From: a bacterium
GTDB taxonomy: Bacteria > Hinthialibacterota > Hinthialibacteria > Hinthialibacterales > Hinthialibacteraceae
Length of the DNA stretch: 64,000 nt
Assembly: GCA_963662285.2 (NCBI GenBank)
Contig: CAXXMV010000002.1
Coordinates: 96,001-160,000 of the forward strand
Direction of reading: 5' to 3'
Positions 19,552-29,929 of the stretch are shown here, in pieces (position 1 is the stretch's first letter; each line of letters begins with the position of its first letter). Under the pieces are notes generated by a model. It did no database searches. It saw nothing but the letters and a program-made list of their open reading frames with translations, and was not told where the DNA came from. The position numbers were made by a program, and so were the translations under genes.

Positions 19552-19592
19552 ACAACGCCATTTGTTTTATTATCATACCCTTTGAAACAAAC

Positions 19593-19628
19593 GAGGCTCC
19601 TGTATACCTACAGGAGCCTCTTCTATTT
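19593..19628 (+). terminator. Intrinsic terminator
   Basis: GAGGCTCCTGTA-TACC-TACAGGAGCCTC then TTCTATTT. Confidence 0.8.
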
Positions 19629-19632
19629 ATCT

Positions 19633-19726
19633 AAAAACGGCAGTTAGATAATGATGAAAACGACAGATGCCAAAATCTTCAGGTTTCGAAAACAACCCCC
19701 TTTTGAATTCTCCCCCAACTTGGGGG
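19633..19726 (+). repeat. Dispersed ~95-bp repeat (copy 1; copy 2 at 54291-54414; partial inverted copy at about 57670-57725)
   Basis: AAAAACGGCAGTTAGATAATGATGAAAACGACAGATG identical at both loci, followed by GAAAACAA.CCC..TTGAATTCTCC.CCA. Confidence 0.85.
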
Positions 19727-19764
19727 CTACTCTCCAGACACAAATCAGGAGAGGAGAATGAAAC

Positions 19765-20120
19765 GGAGAACATCATAGAATAGGAAACATCATAGAATGG
19801 GGAGCATCATAGAGTGGGGAGCATCATAGAGTGGGGAGCATCGGCTTCTAGCCGGTGTGTCAAAGAAACCTATTAACCAGTCAACCAATTCCGAATGTCT
19901 CGTAGAATCCTTCCTCACATGCATGTTTGTGTTGTGATGTCGGATCACGTGCACATCCACCTGACGCCATTGGAAATTTCAAACCTTGGATATCACATTC
20001 GATCACAACAATACTTAATATTTGTATGAAGAGAACCGAAGGTATTGGCGCACCGGCTAGAAGCCGATGCTCCCCTTTTTTACGCACCCCTTTTTTATGC
20101 GCCCCTTTTTGATGCCCTCT
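19765..20120. mobile_element. Non-autonomous REP/RAYT-type element: 25-bp inverted REPs (19833-19857, 20051-20075) around a deleted transposase, flanked by tandem end-duplications
   Basis: GGGGAGCATCGGCTTCTAGCCGGTG ... CACCGGCTAGAAGCCGATGCTCCCC perfect inverted pair; 17-nt tandem units on the left, 15-nt units on the right. Confidence 0.8.
19895..20029 (+). pseudogene. Internally deleted REP-associated tyrosine (HUH/Y1) transposase remnant
   Basis: MSRRILPHMHVCVVMSDHVHIHLTPLE...: RRxLPH N-terminal motif joined directly to the VVMxDHVH HUH motif; no catalytic Tyr helix recognisable. Confidence 0.7.
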
Positions 20121-20210
20121 TGATATTAGTAGAGTGTTTTTTTAGTTTATCAGAGGTAGGTGCATTGCCACTACTTCAATTCCACAACAATGTGTACGGA
20201 GAGTAGACTT

Positions 20211-20253
20211 GGGGGAGAGGCTGGGAGAGGGTTGATAATAACCACTCTCTCAA
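20211..20253. repeat. CCCTCTCCC/GGGAGAGG-family palindromic repeat (also at about 7472-7505, 33684-33718, 46632-46667, 54380-54414, 57524, 57761)
   Basis: GGGAGAGGCTGGGAGAGGGTTGATAATAACCAC matches the reverse complement of the 57524/57761 unit start. Confidence 0.8.
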
Positions 20254-20255
20254 AG

Positions 20256-20289
20256 AAAAAACCGCCCTCTATGATGATGAGGGCGGTTT
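20256..20289 (-). terminator. Intrinsic terminator of the 20320..22971 gene
   Basis: AAACCGCCCTC-9nt-GAGGGCGGTTT with an A-tract on the left (U-tract on minus strand). Confidence 0.75.
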
Positions 20290-20319
20290 GTATAATTGTC
20301 TTATACTGTTTACTGCAAC

Positions 20320-22971
20320 TTATGGCGTGAAAGTTACTGTTTTTGTACTTTCAACGAAAAGACCTGAATCAGGATTTGTTACGCGAAGTCTATATTCGCG
20401 CGTTTCACCTTCCGGGATGGAAATATAGCCGCTTGAAATTTCCTGATGGATGATATCTTTATCAACTTCATTATCAACAAAGATTAGCGGCGCAATCTCT
20501 ATATCGAAGGTACTGGTAATTTCAGGAAGCGCAATGGCGTCTCCACCATCGACCGGAAGCAATTCGAGACGTGATATCGATTCTCCTTCGGCGCCGAAGG
20601 TTGAAAGACCACGGAAATTATCTCCATAAACGTCAAATGGATAAATAGTACTCGACAAAGACCATTCTTGAGAACTCCAATCGAGCGCATCCTCATAGAG
20701 TATAGGCGCCTGCGGTTCGTTTAATGCGAAGGTTGAATTAACCGGCTCGCCATTGCTAATACGAATGCCGGCGGTGATGGTTCCCGTAACGCTTAAGATC
20801 ATCGGAGAAAGTTCTAACGTAACTCCAGAGAAACCAACAAATACATTGGCTTTTCCTTCGACGCTTTCATTTACACGGCCAAGTTCGGCAAGTCTTTCAG
20901 CGATGACAATCTGGTTGATTTCTCCATTAACCACAAAGGGGATGCCGGAAATATCGATATTTAGCTGATTCGAAGAAACTCCATTTACCGTCCACAATAA
21001 AGAAAAGGCTTGATCCTGCTGAAGAGGATAATCCTCTGTCGCGGGATTAAACAGATATGCGCCAGCGCCCAGTTCGATATCGAACTGCGAGACATTAAGA
21101 TCACCGGAACCGGTTTGCAGATTCAAGTTATAGACATTGCTGGCATCATTTTCCAAACCGGAATATTCATTCTTAACCGAAATGGTTACCAGACCTGGAG
21201 AGAGCGTCTTTAGCTGTGCAGCGTCAAATACCAATTCATTCTCCGTCCGTTTCAGAAATTCACCCGGGAACTCGAATTTAATAGGATCATCCAGCCCTAT
21301 ATCTATAATCACGCTTGTACCGCCATTATCCGTCGCTCCAGAGAATGCCGGACGGAAGTTCTTGCCTAAAATACGGATAGTGGAATTGCTGGCGTTCAAG
21401 AAAAATGGCGATGGGCTAACCGTATCGATTACAGGCGTCGGCGCAGCGTTCATACGGAAGGTAAATGGCTCAGAAGAGGCTTCATCCGAACGAACAACTT
21501 TCAGTACTGCATTATCTTCTTGCGTCGGATTAGATAACCTGGGCAATGTAACAGAAATGCCATCAGCTGTTTCGCTGAAGCCCAGTTCAACATCAGCGCC
21601 ATCACGGGAGGTGAAGAGCACCTTCTCTATAGGCGTCAATCGGCTTCCCTGAATTATTATGCGGTTCTCGGTATCAACATAAATATCAGAACTATCCTGG
21701 CTGTAAACGCGTCGGATTATCGGCGCTCCACCGGTTCCTGAATCTGCATCGAAGATGCGAATATTATCAATGAAAATGCCTTCTTCATTAATCGACGAGT
21801 CGCTCTCAAACCGGAAAGCAATGCTCAAAGCTGCATCCTTCGGCAAACTGACTTCTATAGGAATAAAATCATCTTTGGTTAAAGGCCCATCTATATTGTC
21901 AGGATTGGAGTAAGCGAATAAACCATCAAATGTATCGGGCAGCAGAGACTGAGGATTATTTTCATCAAAGGCGAGCTTATCTGTGATAATCTTACCGTCG
22001 TTGTTGATATCAAGTATTTCCCAAGTATCTGAACCGGAGCGTTTGACTTCAATCACCATGAAGTCGCTGATATTTATAAATGGTTCTTCAAAGATAAATG
22101 CGGCTTCAAAAGAGAGCATAGGATCACCAGCTTGAGAGGTATCCATAGGCGAGCCGATTTCCATAACTGATGTCTGTCCGTTGTTGTATGAATATCTATT
22201 GGGATGTAGGGCCGCGCTTTTAGGATCGCTTAGCGCGATGCCTCTTTCCAACAATGGATCTAACTGATCTGTATTCAAGACGAACCAGGGTTCAATAAAA
22301 TTGGAATTCGGCATCCGGTCTTCAACAATTAGCTGATCTTCGTATGTGTAATCTAATGTTTTCATCCCGGCGTCTTCTAGTGAATCGGCTGTATCAAAGT
22401 TTGTGTAAAAGAACAAACCAACCGGCGTTGGAGTTGGCGTCCAGCTGGGGTCCACAGTCGGGGTTGGCGTAGGAGTAGCGACATCCGGCGTATAGGTTGG
22501 CGTCGGGGTTGGCGGCGCCTCTATTGTTGGCGTTGGCGTAGCTGTTGCTGTCGGAGTAGGCGTGTCCTCACCCGGTATTGACGTAGGCGTAGGCGGTTCA
22601 ACATCTATTGTTGGCGTCGACGTCGGCGTCGGTTCAACATCCAAGGTTGGCGTAGGCGTCGGTTCAATAATAGAGTTAAACCCATCGAGAAAAAGGAGTA
22701 AATCTTTGGCGCCGACAGTGCCATCGGCATCGAAATCAGCGGCGCTGTCGCTTGCTTTCCATAAGGTCATGAATAAAAATAAATCATGTTTGTCAACAAC
22801 CGAATTATTATTAAGGTCAAAAGTTGCGGTTAAGGGAATTTCCTGGCTATATCCACTTGTAATCCCAACTGTTAACAAAAGTGCGCCAATAAGAAAGTAG
22901 TGCGATAATGAGTCCTTAAATAAGAATGCTTTCCTGGTGTTTTTAGCCATTTGTTTCCCACTCCTCGGCAT
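20320..22971 (-). CDS. Secreted surface protein: dockerin/EF-hand-like domain, Pro-Thr linker, beta-sandwich and IPT/TIG-like domains
   Basis: Signal peptide; FDLNNNSVVDKHDL / ADFDADGTVGAKDLL paired Ca-binding loops; (PT)n linker; FRFESDSS...GIFIDNIRI; PVIDTVSPSP. Confidence 0.75.
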   Translation of the reverse strand: MPRSGKQMAKNTRKAFLFKDSLSHYFLIGALLLTVGITSGYSQEIPLTATFDLNNNSVVDKHDLFLFMTLWKASDSAADFDADGTVGAKDLLLFLDGFNSIIEPTPTPTLDVEPTPTSTPTIDVEPPTPTSIPGEDTPTPTATATPTPTIEAPPTPTPTYTPDVATPTPTPTVDPSWTPTPTPVGLFFYTNFDTADSLEDAGMKTLDYTYEDQLIVEDRMPNSNFIEPWFVLNTDQLDPLLERGIALSDPKSAALHPNRYSYNNGQTSVMEIGSPMDTSQAGDPMLSFEAAFIFEEPFINISDFMVIEVKRSGSDTWEILDINNDGKIITDKLAFDENNPQSLLPDTFDGLFAYSNPDNIDGPLTKDDFIPIEVSLPKDAALSIAFRFESDSSINEEGIFIDNIRIFDADSGTGGAPIIRRVYSQDSSDIYVDTENRIIIQGSRLTPIEKVLFTSRDGADVELGFSETADGISVTLPRLSNPTQEDNAVLKVVRSDEASSEPFTFRMNAAPTPVIDTVSPSPFFLNASNSTIRILGKNFRPAFSGATDNGGTSVIIDIGLDDPIKFEFPGEFLKRTENELVFDAAQLKTLSPGLVTISVKNEYSGLENDASNVYNLNLQTGSGDLNVSQFDIELGAGAYLFNPATEDYPLQQDQAFSLLWTVNGVSSNQLNIDISGIPFVVNGEINQIVIAERLAELGRVNESVEGKANVFVGFSGVTLELSPMILSVTGTITAGIRISNGEPVNSTFALNEPQAPILYEDALDWSSQEWSLSSTIYPFDVYGDNFRGLSTFGAEGESISRLELLPVDGGDAIALPEITSTFDIEIAPLIFVDNEVDKDIIHQEISSGYISIPEGETREYRLRVTNPDSGLFVESTKTVTFTP

Positions 22972-23194
22972 TAATTGTGCATCTTCGCCATTTAATTGTT
23001 AAAAAAATTTTGGGGATGGGTGGTTTTTCGGTTCAGATTTCAAGCCTAATACCACCATATTGAGAAACTATAGCAGAGCCAACTCGTTTTGTCATGTTTT
23101 ATGGCAGTCTAACAAAAAAAAGAGCCAAGGCTTTCTTTGTGTGATTGGAAGGGTAGAATCCATTTAGTTGAAGTAATAAGGATTAATTTTATCA

Positions 23195-23698
23195 ATGAAT
23201 GAAAATAAGTCTTTTACCAGAATTGGCGTATTAGCTGATACTCATTTGCCGGAGTGCGGCTACTTATCTCTACAACTTTTAAGCGAATTGGAAAAAGTTG
23301 ATATCATCATCCATGTGGGCGATTTTTGCAATGAGCAGACTCTTAAGGATTTGCAGCAAATCGCTCCAGTCATCGCAGTCTATGGTAATATGGATGATGA
23401 CAATCTTAGAACGCTTCTTCCTGAGAAGAAAGTCATAGAAATAGAAGGCTTTAGCGTCGGGATTATTCATGGTTGGGGGCCGCCGAACGGTATCGAAAGA
23501 AGGATTCTTGGCGTCTTTAAGGATGTTGATATCATAATACATGGTCATTCACATATCCCTTGTTTTCAAAAGATCGAGGGGGTTTATATATTCAATCCAG
23601 GCAGTACTTCCATGAACCGGGATGGAACAGCCACTTTCGGGATTCTTGAACTTGGTGAAACGATCAACCATCAAATTATCCGGTTGGATGTTGTTTAG
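23195..23698 (+). CDS. Metallophosphoesterase (YfcE/MJ0936 family)
   Basis: DTH, HVGD, GNMD, HG, GHSH, FNPGS motifs. Confidence 0.92.
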   Translation: MNENKSFTRIGVLADTHLPECGYLSLQLLSELEKVDIIIHVGDFCNEQTLKDLQQIAPVIAVYGNMDDDNLRTLLPEKKVIEIEGFSVGIIHGWGPPNGIERRILGVFKDVDIIIHGHSHIPCFQKIEGVYIFNPGSTSMNRDGTATFGILELGETINHQIIRLDVV

Positions 23699-23761
23699 AG
23701 AGTTTAAATCTATAATTTGATTGTTTTCGCATGTTGTCACGAAAAAATCAAGATAATTTCA

Positions 23762-25822
23762 TTATTTGTTTTTTCTGGATATAACCAGAATCGTATCTCC
23801 AATATCTAAACGCATCACTACCGAATCTAAAATAGGCGTAATGGAAAAATCCCTCCAACATTTGAAGGTATGTTGTAATTTATTTGCTTCCAGATAACTC
23901 CGGGTGCCGATTATCTCAAATCCGGCGTCGCTTAAGCCTTCAAGAAGGCTGCGGCGGGTGAAATATAGAAGATGCGTGTCGTTGGATAACCATTGCTGGC
24001 CATATTGATAATGAATAATGCTTTCAGCGCATGGCGTCTTCAGTTTTAACACACCCCCTGGTTTCAATAATCCATACAATTTTCTTAAAACCGGCTTATA
24101 GTTCGCTACATGCTCAATAACATCCATCATAGTTATCAAGTCAAAAGATTCATTTTCATAATCAGCTGCTTCAAGGGTTGTAAGGTAAACATCCAAACCA
24201 ACTGATTTTGCAATGCTTATCGCATTTTCATCCAAATCTATACCACTGACTGACCATTCCCGGCATTGATAATTAATCATAGTGGTTCCCACAGAGCATC
24301 CGACATCCAGCATTCGTCTATTTGAACCACATTGGTTTTCAAAATCCGCCAGTGAATATTCGGGTTCCCACCATTTTTCGTTTCTTTCTAACATAGCAGC
24401 CAGTTCATCCTTGGGTTGCGCAAGCGCTTGATCCAGTGTTTGGCGGAAAAAACGCTGCAATGAGCTGGCTTGAGCGGCGTCATTTGAATAGAGACCGGGA
24501 ATGGTTTCCGGCATGGGCTGTGGGTTGGCGTAATGAAAACCACAGGCAGCGCATTTTACCCGCACCCATTGCGACGCCGAATCAAAATAAACTGGTTCAA
24601 ATCCCTCTGATTGGCAATGAGGACAGGGAATAATGCGGTAACGAGATGTGCTAAGTAATTGATCGGTATGAAATTTCCAGTCAGTTCTTTTTTCCCGGAT
24701 ATTTTGAGAAAATTGTATATCTTCGGCATTCTTTTGCAGTATCTCATCAAGAGTATTTGCGTCTGGCATGCCTTGGGCGGCGCCTTCTTTGATTACCTGG
24801 TGGAAAAAAGCAGCCATTGGTTGAGCAGGATCAATCCTTAAAGCGTCTTCGAAATCAATCAGCGCTTTATCATATTGCTGGTCATGAAGCTGGACAATTC
24901 CGGCATTGGTGAAATGGATCGCATTGTTATTTCCAAGTTTTCGATAAAACAATGCTGCTTCTTGGTTTCTTCCGGTTGCGGCTAATGCATGAGCCAGAAG
25001 CGATTCTCCTTCGACCGGGAGAGAGGTTTCTTTGGATAAAATATCTAGCGCTGTTTTGGCGTGACCTGCATGTAAATGCGCCCTGGCTAATTGTACGGAA
25101 GCATTTTGCCCACCATTTTTTAAGGCAATGTTTCTCCAGATAATTTCTTTGTCGTATTCCGGAAAGAAAAAGTCCCTCTTCCGGTAAAGCGCATCAGCCG
25201 CGTTTGCAGCCCATGTTCCGTTATGGTTATCGATAGCGGCTATGCTGCGAGCCAGGATAAATGCCCATCCCCAGCGATTGTGCAGAGTGAATTTTTTGAA
25301 TAACCATCTTGCCAGAAGATTCCTGATAGATGGAATGAATAGAATATAAGCAAAAACCGTCGTAATAATGCCGGCGATTATTTTCTTGAATAGATTTCCC
25401 GGGATTGGATGCTCTGCAGAACAGGATTTTCTTAAACGAAAATATACTTTAAGCGCGGCGAATGATCGTCCCGCATGCAACAATGCTTCAACGGTCTCGA
25501 TTAAATAATCGCATGGCTCAATAGCAAGATTAACCGCGTTTTCAAAGGATTTAACGGTTTGGTCGATTAATCCTTTTTGAAAACAGATTCGTGCATGTAA
25601 ACGGTGTGCATCGGCGGAATCAGGTAATAGCGTCAACAAATGGTTTGCGGCCTGGTAGGCCTCTTCAATGAAGCCGTTACCATTCAAATTCCATGTGAGA
25701 TGCGCCCAGGCGTGTTCTGATTTCTGATGGTGTTCAGCATACTTGCGTAGTTCATCCAATGCGGTCGGTCCATCTTTTTGCAGCCGGATAAGGATAGCAT
25801 CAAAATTTGAAAGTTTATCCAT
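23762..25822 (-). CDS. TPR protein fused to a zinc-ribbon and class I SAM-dependent methyltransferase
   Basis: N-terminal TPRs, CPHC...CAACG...NPQP, MLDVGCSVG, FDLITMMDVIEH, LKPGG. Confidence 0.85.
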   Translation of the reverse strand: MDKLSNFDAILIRLQKDGPTALDELRKYAEHHQKSEHAWAHLTWNLNGNGFIEEAYQAANHLLTLLPDSADAHRLHARICFQKGLIDQTVKSFENAVNLAIEPCDYLIETVEALLHAGRSFAALKVYFRLRKSCSAEHPIPGNLFKKIIAGIITTVFAYILFIPSIRNLLARWLFKKFTLHNRWGWAFILARSIAAIDNHNGTWAANAADALYRKRDFFFPEYDKEIIWRNIALKNGGQNASVQLARAHLHAGHAKTALDILSKETSLPVEGESLLAHALAATGRNQEAALFYRKLGNNNAIHFTNAGIVQLHDQQYDKALIDFEDALRIDPAQPMAAFFHQVIKEGAAQGMPDANTLDEILQKNAEDIQFSQNIREKRTDWKFHTDQLLSTSRYRIIPCPHCQSEGFEPVYFDSASQWVRVKCAACGFHYANPQPMPETIPGLYSNDAAQASSLQRFFRQTLDQALAQPKDELAAMLERNEKWWEPEYSLADFENQCGSNRRMLDVGCSVGTTMINYQCREWSVSGIDLDENAISIAKSVGLDVYLTTLEAADYENESFDLITMMDVIEHVANYKPVLRKLYGLLKPGGVLKLKTPCAESIIHYQYGQQWLSNDTHLLYFTRRSLLEGLSDAGFEIIGTRSYLEANKLQHTFKCWRDFSITPILDSVVMRLDIGDTILVISRKNK

Positions 25823-25950
25823 ATTTCTTATTCTTTCAGGTGGAATTTCCGTTGTGAACCAAAAAATAACTAGTCTAGTATCTTAGATTATCTGATATAT
25901 AGTAGTCTTAGGAAGAAAATAAAAAAAAGGCTCTTTGGATAAAAGAAATC

Positions 25951-26985
25951 ATGAGTGACTGGTTTGAAGATTTACCCATCGAAGTAGTTAAAGGTGGAAA
26001 GAAGAAGGAACTTCCCGATTTCAAATTCAATTGGCGCAGCGGCGGCATAATCGGCTTGATTGCTCTTTTTCTACTGGTGCTTATAGTCTTCCAACCCTGG
26101 TTTACGGTTGGTCCGGGAGAGGTCGGCGTGGTGTTGCGCCTGGGGAAAATGAACCGTATTGTTTCTCCGGGATTTCATTTCCGGCTGCCCCGCCCGATAG
26201 AAACAGTCTATACCCCGAATATTAGATTACAAAGACGGGTAGAAATTGGTTTTCGCTCGAATTCCAATAATCCTGGAGCAACTTCTAGAGACGTCGCGGC
26301 TGAGAGCATCATGCTGACCGGGGATGAGAATATCATTGTAGCCAAGATGATTATTCAATACAAAATCGCCGATCCGGCAAAATACCTTTTCAATATTTAT
26401 GATGTAGAAAATACTCTGACCGATATCTCTGAAGCAGCTTTGCGCCAGGTAATAGGCGACTATCCCATTGAATCGGCGCTTACCGGCCAGCGCGATCAGC
26501 TGCAAATTGAAATCCAAAAAATTATTGAAGAAATCTCAGACCAATATGAAATTGGATTGTTAATTGATCAGGTGCAATTGCAAGAGACTCATGCTCCTGA
26601 TCCGGTTGAACCTGCTTTTGCGGATGTGTTCAACGCCCGTGAGGATCAAGCCCGAATAGAACGTGAAGCCGAGGCCTACCAGAATAAAGAAATGCCAAAG
26701 GCGGAAGGCGCTGTCAGAAAAATTCTTCAGGAAGCAGCATCCTATAGCGCTGAGCGGATCGCCAAATCAAAAGGTGAAGTCGAACGGTTCTCTGCAATCC
26801 TGAAAGAGTATGAGAATGCGCCTCAGGTGACCCGGCAAAGGCTTTATCTGGAAACTATGGAGAAAGTTCTGGCGAATAAATCGAAAGTCATTGTCGATTC
26901 CGATGACGGGCTGCTTAAATTGCTGAATGTGACTCCGAACGACCTGGGTTTACCTACGTCGTTGGATAGAAAGGAGTCAAACTGA
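25951..26985 (+). CDS. hflK: FtsH modulator HflK
   Basis: SPFH domain, MLTGDENI, AFADV..ARED, RQRLYLETMEKVL. Confidence 0.95.
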   Translation: MSDWFEDLPIEVVKGGKKKELPDFKFNWRSGGIIGLIALFLLVLIVFQPWFTVGPGEVGVVLRLGKMNRIVSPGFHFRLPRPIETVYTPNIRLQRRVEIGFRSNSNNPGATSRDVAAESIMLTGDENIIVAKMIIQYKIADPAKYLFNIYDVENTLTDISEAALRQVIGDYPIESALTGQRDQLQIEIQKIIEEISDQYEIGLLIDQVQLQETHAPDPVEPAFADVFNAREDQARIEREAEAYQNKEMPKAEGAVRKILQEAASYSAERIAKSKGEVERFSAILKEYENAPQVTRQRLYLETMEKVLANKSKVIVDSDDGLLKLLNVTPNDLGLPTSLDRKESN

Positions 26986-28061
26986 TGAAATCACAAATTG
27001 GTTTAATTATCGCGGGAGTTGTTGCTCTCTTTATATTTATTGTCATCATCTCTTCAGCCTTTATTATCACTGAGGTCGATCAAGCCATTATTATTCAATT
27101 GGGTAGACCGGTTCGGGTTATAGCTGGAGATTCAGCCTTTACCGATAAGGTTGAATTGAAAAAAAGCGTTGAAGAATATTCCAGCCAAAGCAATTCAAAT
27201 GTTAAACTGAGTTTTGGCGCCGGGCTTTATTTCAAAATTCCCTTTTTGCAGCAAATAGAATATTTCGAGGATCGCATCCTCGAGTCAGACGCAGATCCGG
27301 CCCGCATTACAACAGGCGACCAGAAGAGAATTGTGGTCGATAGCTTTGCGCGTTGGCATATTGCCAATCCGCTTAAGTTCAGGCAGACGCTGGTTAACAT
27401 GCCGACCGCCTTGAACCGTCTGGATAATATTATCCGATCCGAACTGCGTAACCGTTTGGGTGAATGCAATTTCATTGAAATTATTCGCAGCACCAATCAA
27501 TTGCTGGATACGAAAATTGAAATTCCCGAACAAAAGAAGGTCTCAATTAAAATCGGGCGCAGCAAGATCATGGAAGATGTGACCAAGGTGTGCCGGAAAA
27601 CCGCCAAAGACTTCGGCATCTATATAATCGATGTTCGCATCAAGCGGGCTGATCCCCCTGAACAGAATATGAATGCCATTTATGAAAATATGAAAGCGGA
27701 GCGCGACAGGATCGCGGAAAAATACCGTGCGGAAGGGGCGCGCCAGGCGACATTTATTACGGCTAATACGGATCGTCAGGTTAAAATCATGCGCGCCGAA
27801 GCTGAAAGAGACGCCCAGATCATTATGGGGCAGGCGGATGCTGAAGCAGCCCGCATTTATGCCAGAGGATTCATCAAAGACGTCACGGGACAACCACCAA
27901 TTCAAATTCATGGTTTTGAAAGCGACCCTGAATTTTTCCGGTTTACCCGGTCCCTGGAAGCGCTTGAAAAATCGATTGATAACAATACTTCGCTGATTCT
28001 TAATACTAATAGCGATCTTTTACAGTTTATGAAAAGCCCGATGAGCGGGATCAACAATTAA
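26985..28061 (+). CDS. hflC: FtsH modulator HflC
   Basis: GLYFKIPF, VDSFARWHI, DVRIKRAD, MKAER.RIA..YRAEG, DPEFF.FTRSLEA. Confidence 0.95.
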   Translation: MKSQIGLIIAGVVALFIFIVIISSAFIITEVDQAIIIQLGRPVRVIAGDSAFTDKVELKKSVEEYSSQSNSNVKLSFGAGLYFKIPFLQQIEYFEDRILESDADPARITTGDQKRIVVDSFARWHIANPLKFRQTLVNMPTALNRLDNIIRSELRNRLGECNFIEIIRSTNQLLDTKIEIPEQKKVSIKIGRSKIMEDVTKVCRKTAKDFGIYIIDVRIKRADPPEQNMNAIYENMKAERDRIAEKYRAEGARQATFITANTDRQVKIMRAEAERDAQIIMGQADAEAARIYARGFIKDVTGQPPIQIHGFESDPEFFRFTRSLEALEKSIDNNTSLILNTNSDLLQFMKSPMSGINN

Positions 28062-28097
28062 TTCGTTTTTGTAATAATTTTGCAATAAAAGAGTTGA

Positions 28098-28454
28098 TTA
28101 TGCAGGCGGTTGAATTTTTTCAACCGCCTCTTTTATTGTTTTATAAACCGGCGCCAGTTCTATAGCGCAGGTTAATTCCAGTAGATACCGGATTCTATCT
28201 GAAGGATTTACAAAGGCGAACGCGTTTTTGTCCTTTTTGCTGATATTCTGAATGTGTTTGATGATAACGCCAATATCATGGCTGTTTAGTAGACGGGTTT
28301 CAGATAAATCAAGCAAGCAATAGTAGTTTTTCTTCTTTGCCATCTTGCCAAAAAGCTTTTCCAGCTTATTAATATCATTTGGATTCGATGAACCTTTGAT
28401 TTTTATAACCGTTACATTCCCAAGTTCTTCAGTTTCGAGCAGAAATCCTTCCAT
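28098..28454 (-). CDS. STAS domain protein (anti-sigma factor antagonist-like)
   Basis: VIKIKG, LLDLSETRLLNSHDIGVII, FVNPSDRIRYLLELT pattern. Confidence 0.75.
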   Translation of the reverse strand: MEGFLLETEELGNVTVIKIKGSSNPNDINKLEKLFGKMAKKKNYYCLLDLSETRLLNSHDIGVIIKHIQNISKKDKNAFAFVNPSDRIRYLLELTCAIELAPVYKTIKEAVEKIQPPA

Positions 28455-28632
28455 AATAACTAAATCCTAGTTTGATTAATTCGTAATATGGCCGATAATA
28501 AAAAATATTGTTTACTGGCCGTTACCTACATTCGTATTACTATAGCGGAAGTCTATTATATTTCTTATTGTTATTGAAAAGAAATTTTATTCCCGTTTAT
28601 TATACATTAAATATTACTATGAGGGACAATTA

Positions 28633-29823
28633 ATGAATAGCACTTTATGGAGAAGCCTCTTTGTTGGATATATATGCGTGATCTGCTCAGCGCAAATATC
28701 TATTGCCGCTGAGAGAGGGATATGGGTAACGCGCTACGATTTTAAGACCGCCTCAGATATTACCAAAATAGCTGAAAATGTGCGTTATCTGGGAGCGACG
28801 CAGGTCTTTTTTCAAGTTCGGGGCAACGCAACAGTATGTTATCCCTCAAACATCGAGCCTTGGGCATGGGAAATGACCGGTGATTCTCCAAAAACCATTG
28901 GCAATGATCCCGGTTGGGATCCTCTTGCAACTGCATTGGAAGAAATACAAAAAAACGGCATGGAATTACATGCCTGGTTAAATGTCTTTCCCGGTTGGAG
29001 AGGCGCCATCCCCGCCCCTCGTGGAACCAGTCATCCCTGGGTTAATCATCGGTCATGGTTTATGATCGATCATCGCGGCGTTCTGCTTAGACCCTCTAGC
29101 GCTTTCTATTCCTTTATGTCTCCCGGTCATCCTCAGGTTAGAACTTATATAGCCTCAGTTTTTGGAGAAATCGCGAAAAAGTATCCTAAACTTGATGGAA
29201 TTCACATGGATTATGTACGTTATCCGGGGCGTAATGAGGTGGGACGCCTTAGAGACTTCTCTTACGATACAGAAAGCGTTAAGGCTTTTCAGCGCCAATA
29301 TGGCAAGAAGCCCCATTTTGATCAACCTGAATGGCAAAGGTTCAAGTGTGAACAAGTAAACGCCACTATAAAATCTATCCGCGAAGCTATTCGCCTCTCT
29401 TCGCCCACAATAGAATTATCCGCAACCTGTTTTGCTAACATCGATTCGGCTACAGAAGAAAAAGGCCAGGATCCAAGGGATTGGTTTGAAAAGGGTCTGG
29501 TCGACTGGGTAATGCCAATGGCGTATGAAAGAGATTCTAAAACACTGGTTTCACGATTAGAGAAATGGAATGAATTTTTTGATCCCAAATGGCGAAAACA
29601 GATGCTTGTAGGCTTAAATGTCGATTTTAATAAGGAATCCGAGATTCGGAGTCAATTGAGTTCTGTTCAGCAACAGAATTATGGAGGAGTGGCGGTTTTT
29701 GCGTATAATTCTTTATTCCCGAATCATAAATCTAATAATAAAGCGATAATGATTCGTGATCTGTGGCATGAAGAACAACTCAAAGATCTATTACGCAAAC
29801 CATCGGCGCCATCAATAGAATAG
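28633..29823 (+). CDS. GHL10 (DUF187, YddW/DigH-like) glycoside hydrolase
   Basis: RGIWV, VFFQVRG, WDPL, MELHAW, DGIHMDYVRYP, MPMAY. Confidence 0.88.
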   Translation: MNSTLWRSLFVGYICVICSAQISIAAERGIWVTRYDFKTASDITKIAENVRYLGATQVFFQVRGNATVCYPSNIEPWAWEMTGDSPKTIGNDPGWDPLATALEEIQKNGMELHAWLNVFPGWRGAIPAPRGTSHPWVNHRSWFMIDHRGVLLRPSSAFYSFMSPGHPQVRTYIASVFGEIAKKYPKLDGIHMDYVRYPGRNEVGRLRDFSYDTESVKAFQRQYGKKPHFDQPEWQRFKCEQVNATIKSIREAIRLSSPTIELSATCFANIDSATEEKGQDPRDWFEKGLVDWVMPMAYERDSKTLVSRLEKWNEFFDPKWRKQMLVGLNVDFNKESEIRSQLSSVQQQNYGGVAVFAYNSLFPNHKSNNKAIMIRDLWHEEQLKDLLRKPSAPSIE

Positions 29824-29929
29824 AGCGAACCTCTATATCAACATCATAATCCGTCTGCTATTTTGACGCACCAGGTTTTATCTATCGATCTAAATAAAAC
29901 CAATTAAAAAGCCTATCCAATAAACTATA

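Noticed and set aside
19765-19857. 17-nt repeats as a CRISPR array
   Set aside because: Units are directly adjacent with no unique spacers, and no cas genes are present.
22420-22665. GGCGT-rich repeats as a DNA element
   Set aside because: Explained by the Pro-Thr linker codons of the surface protein.
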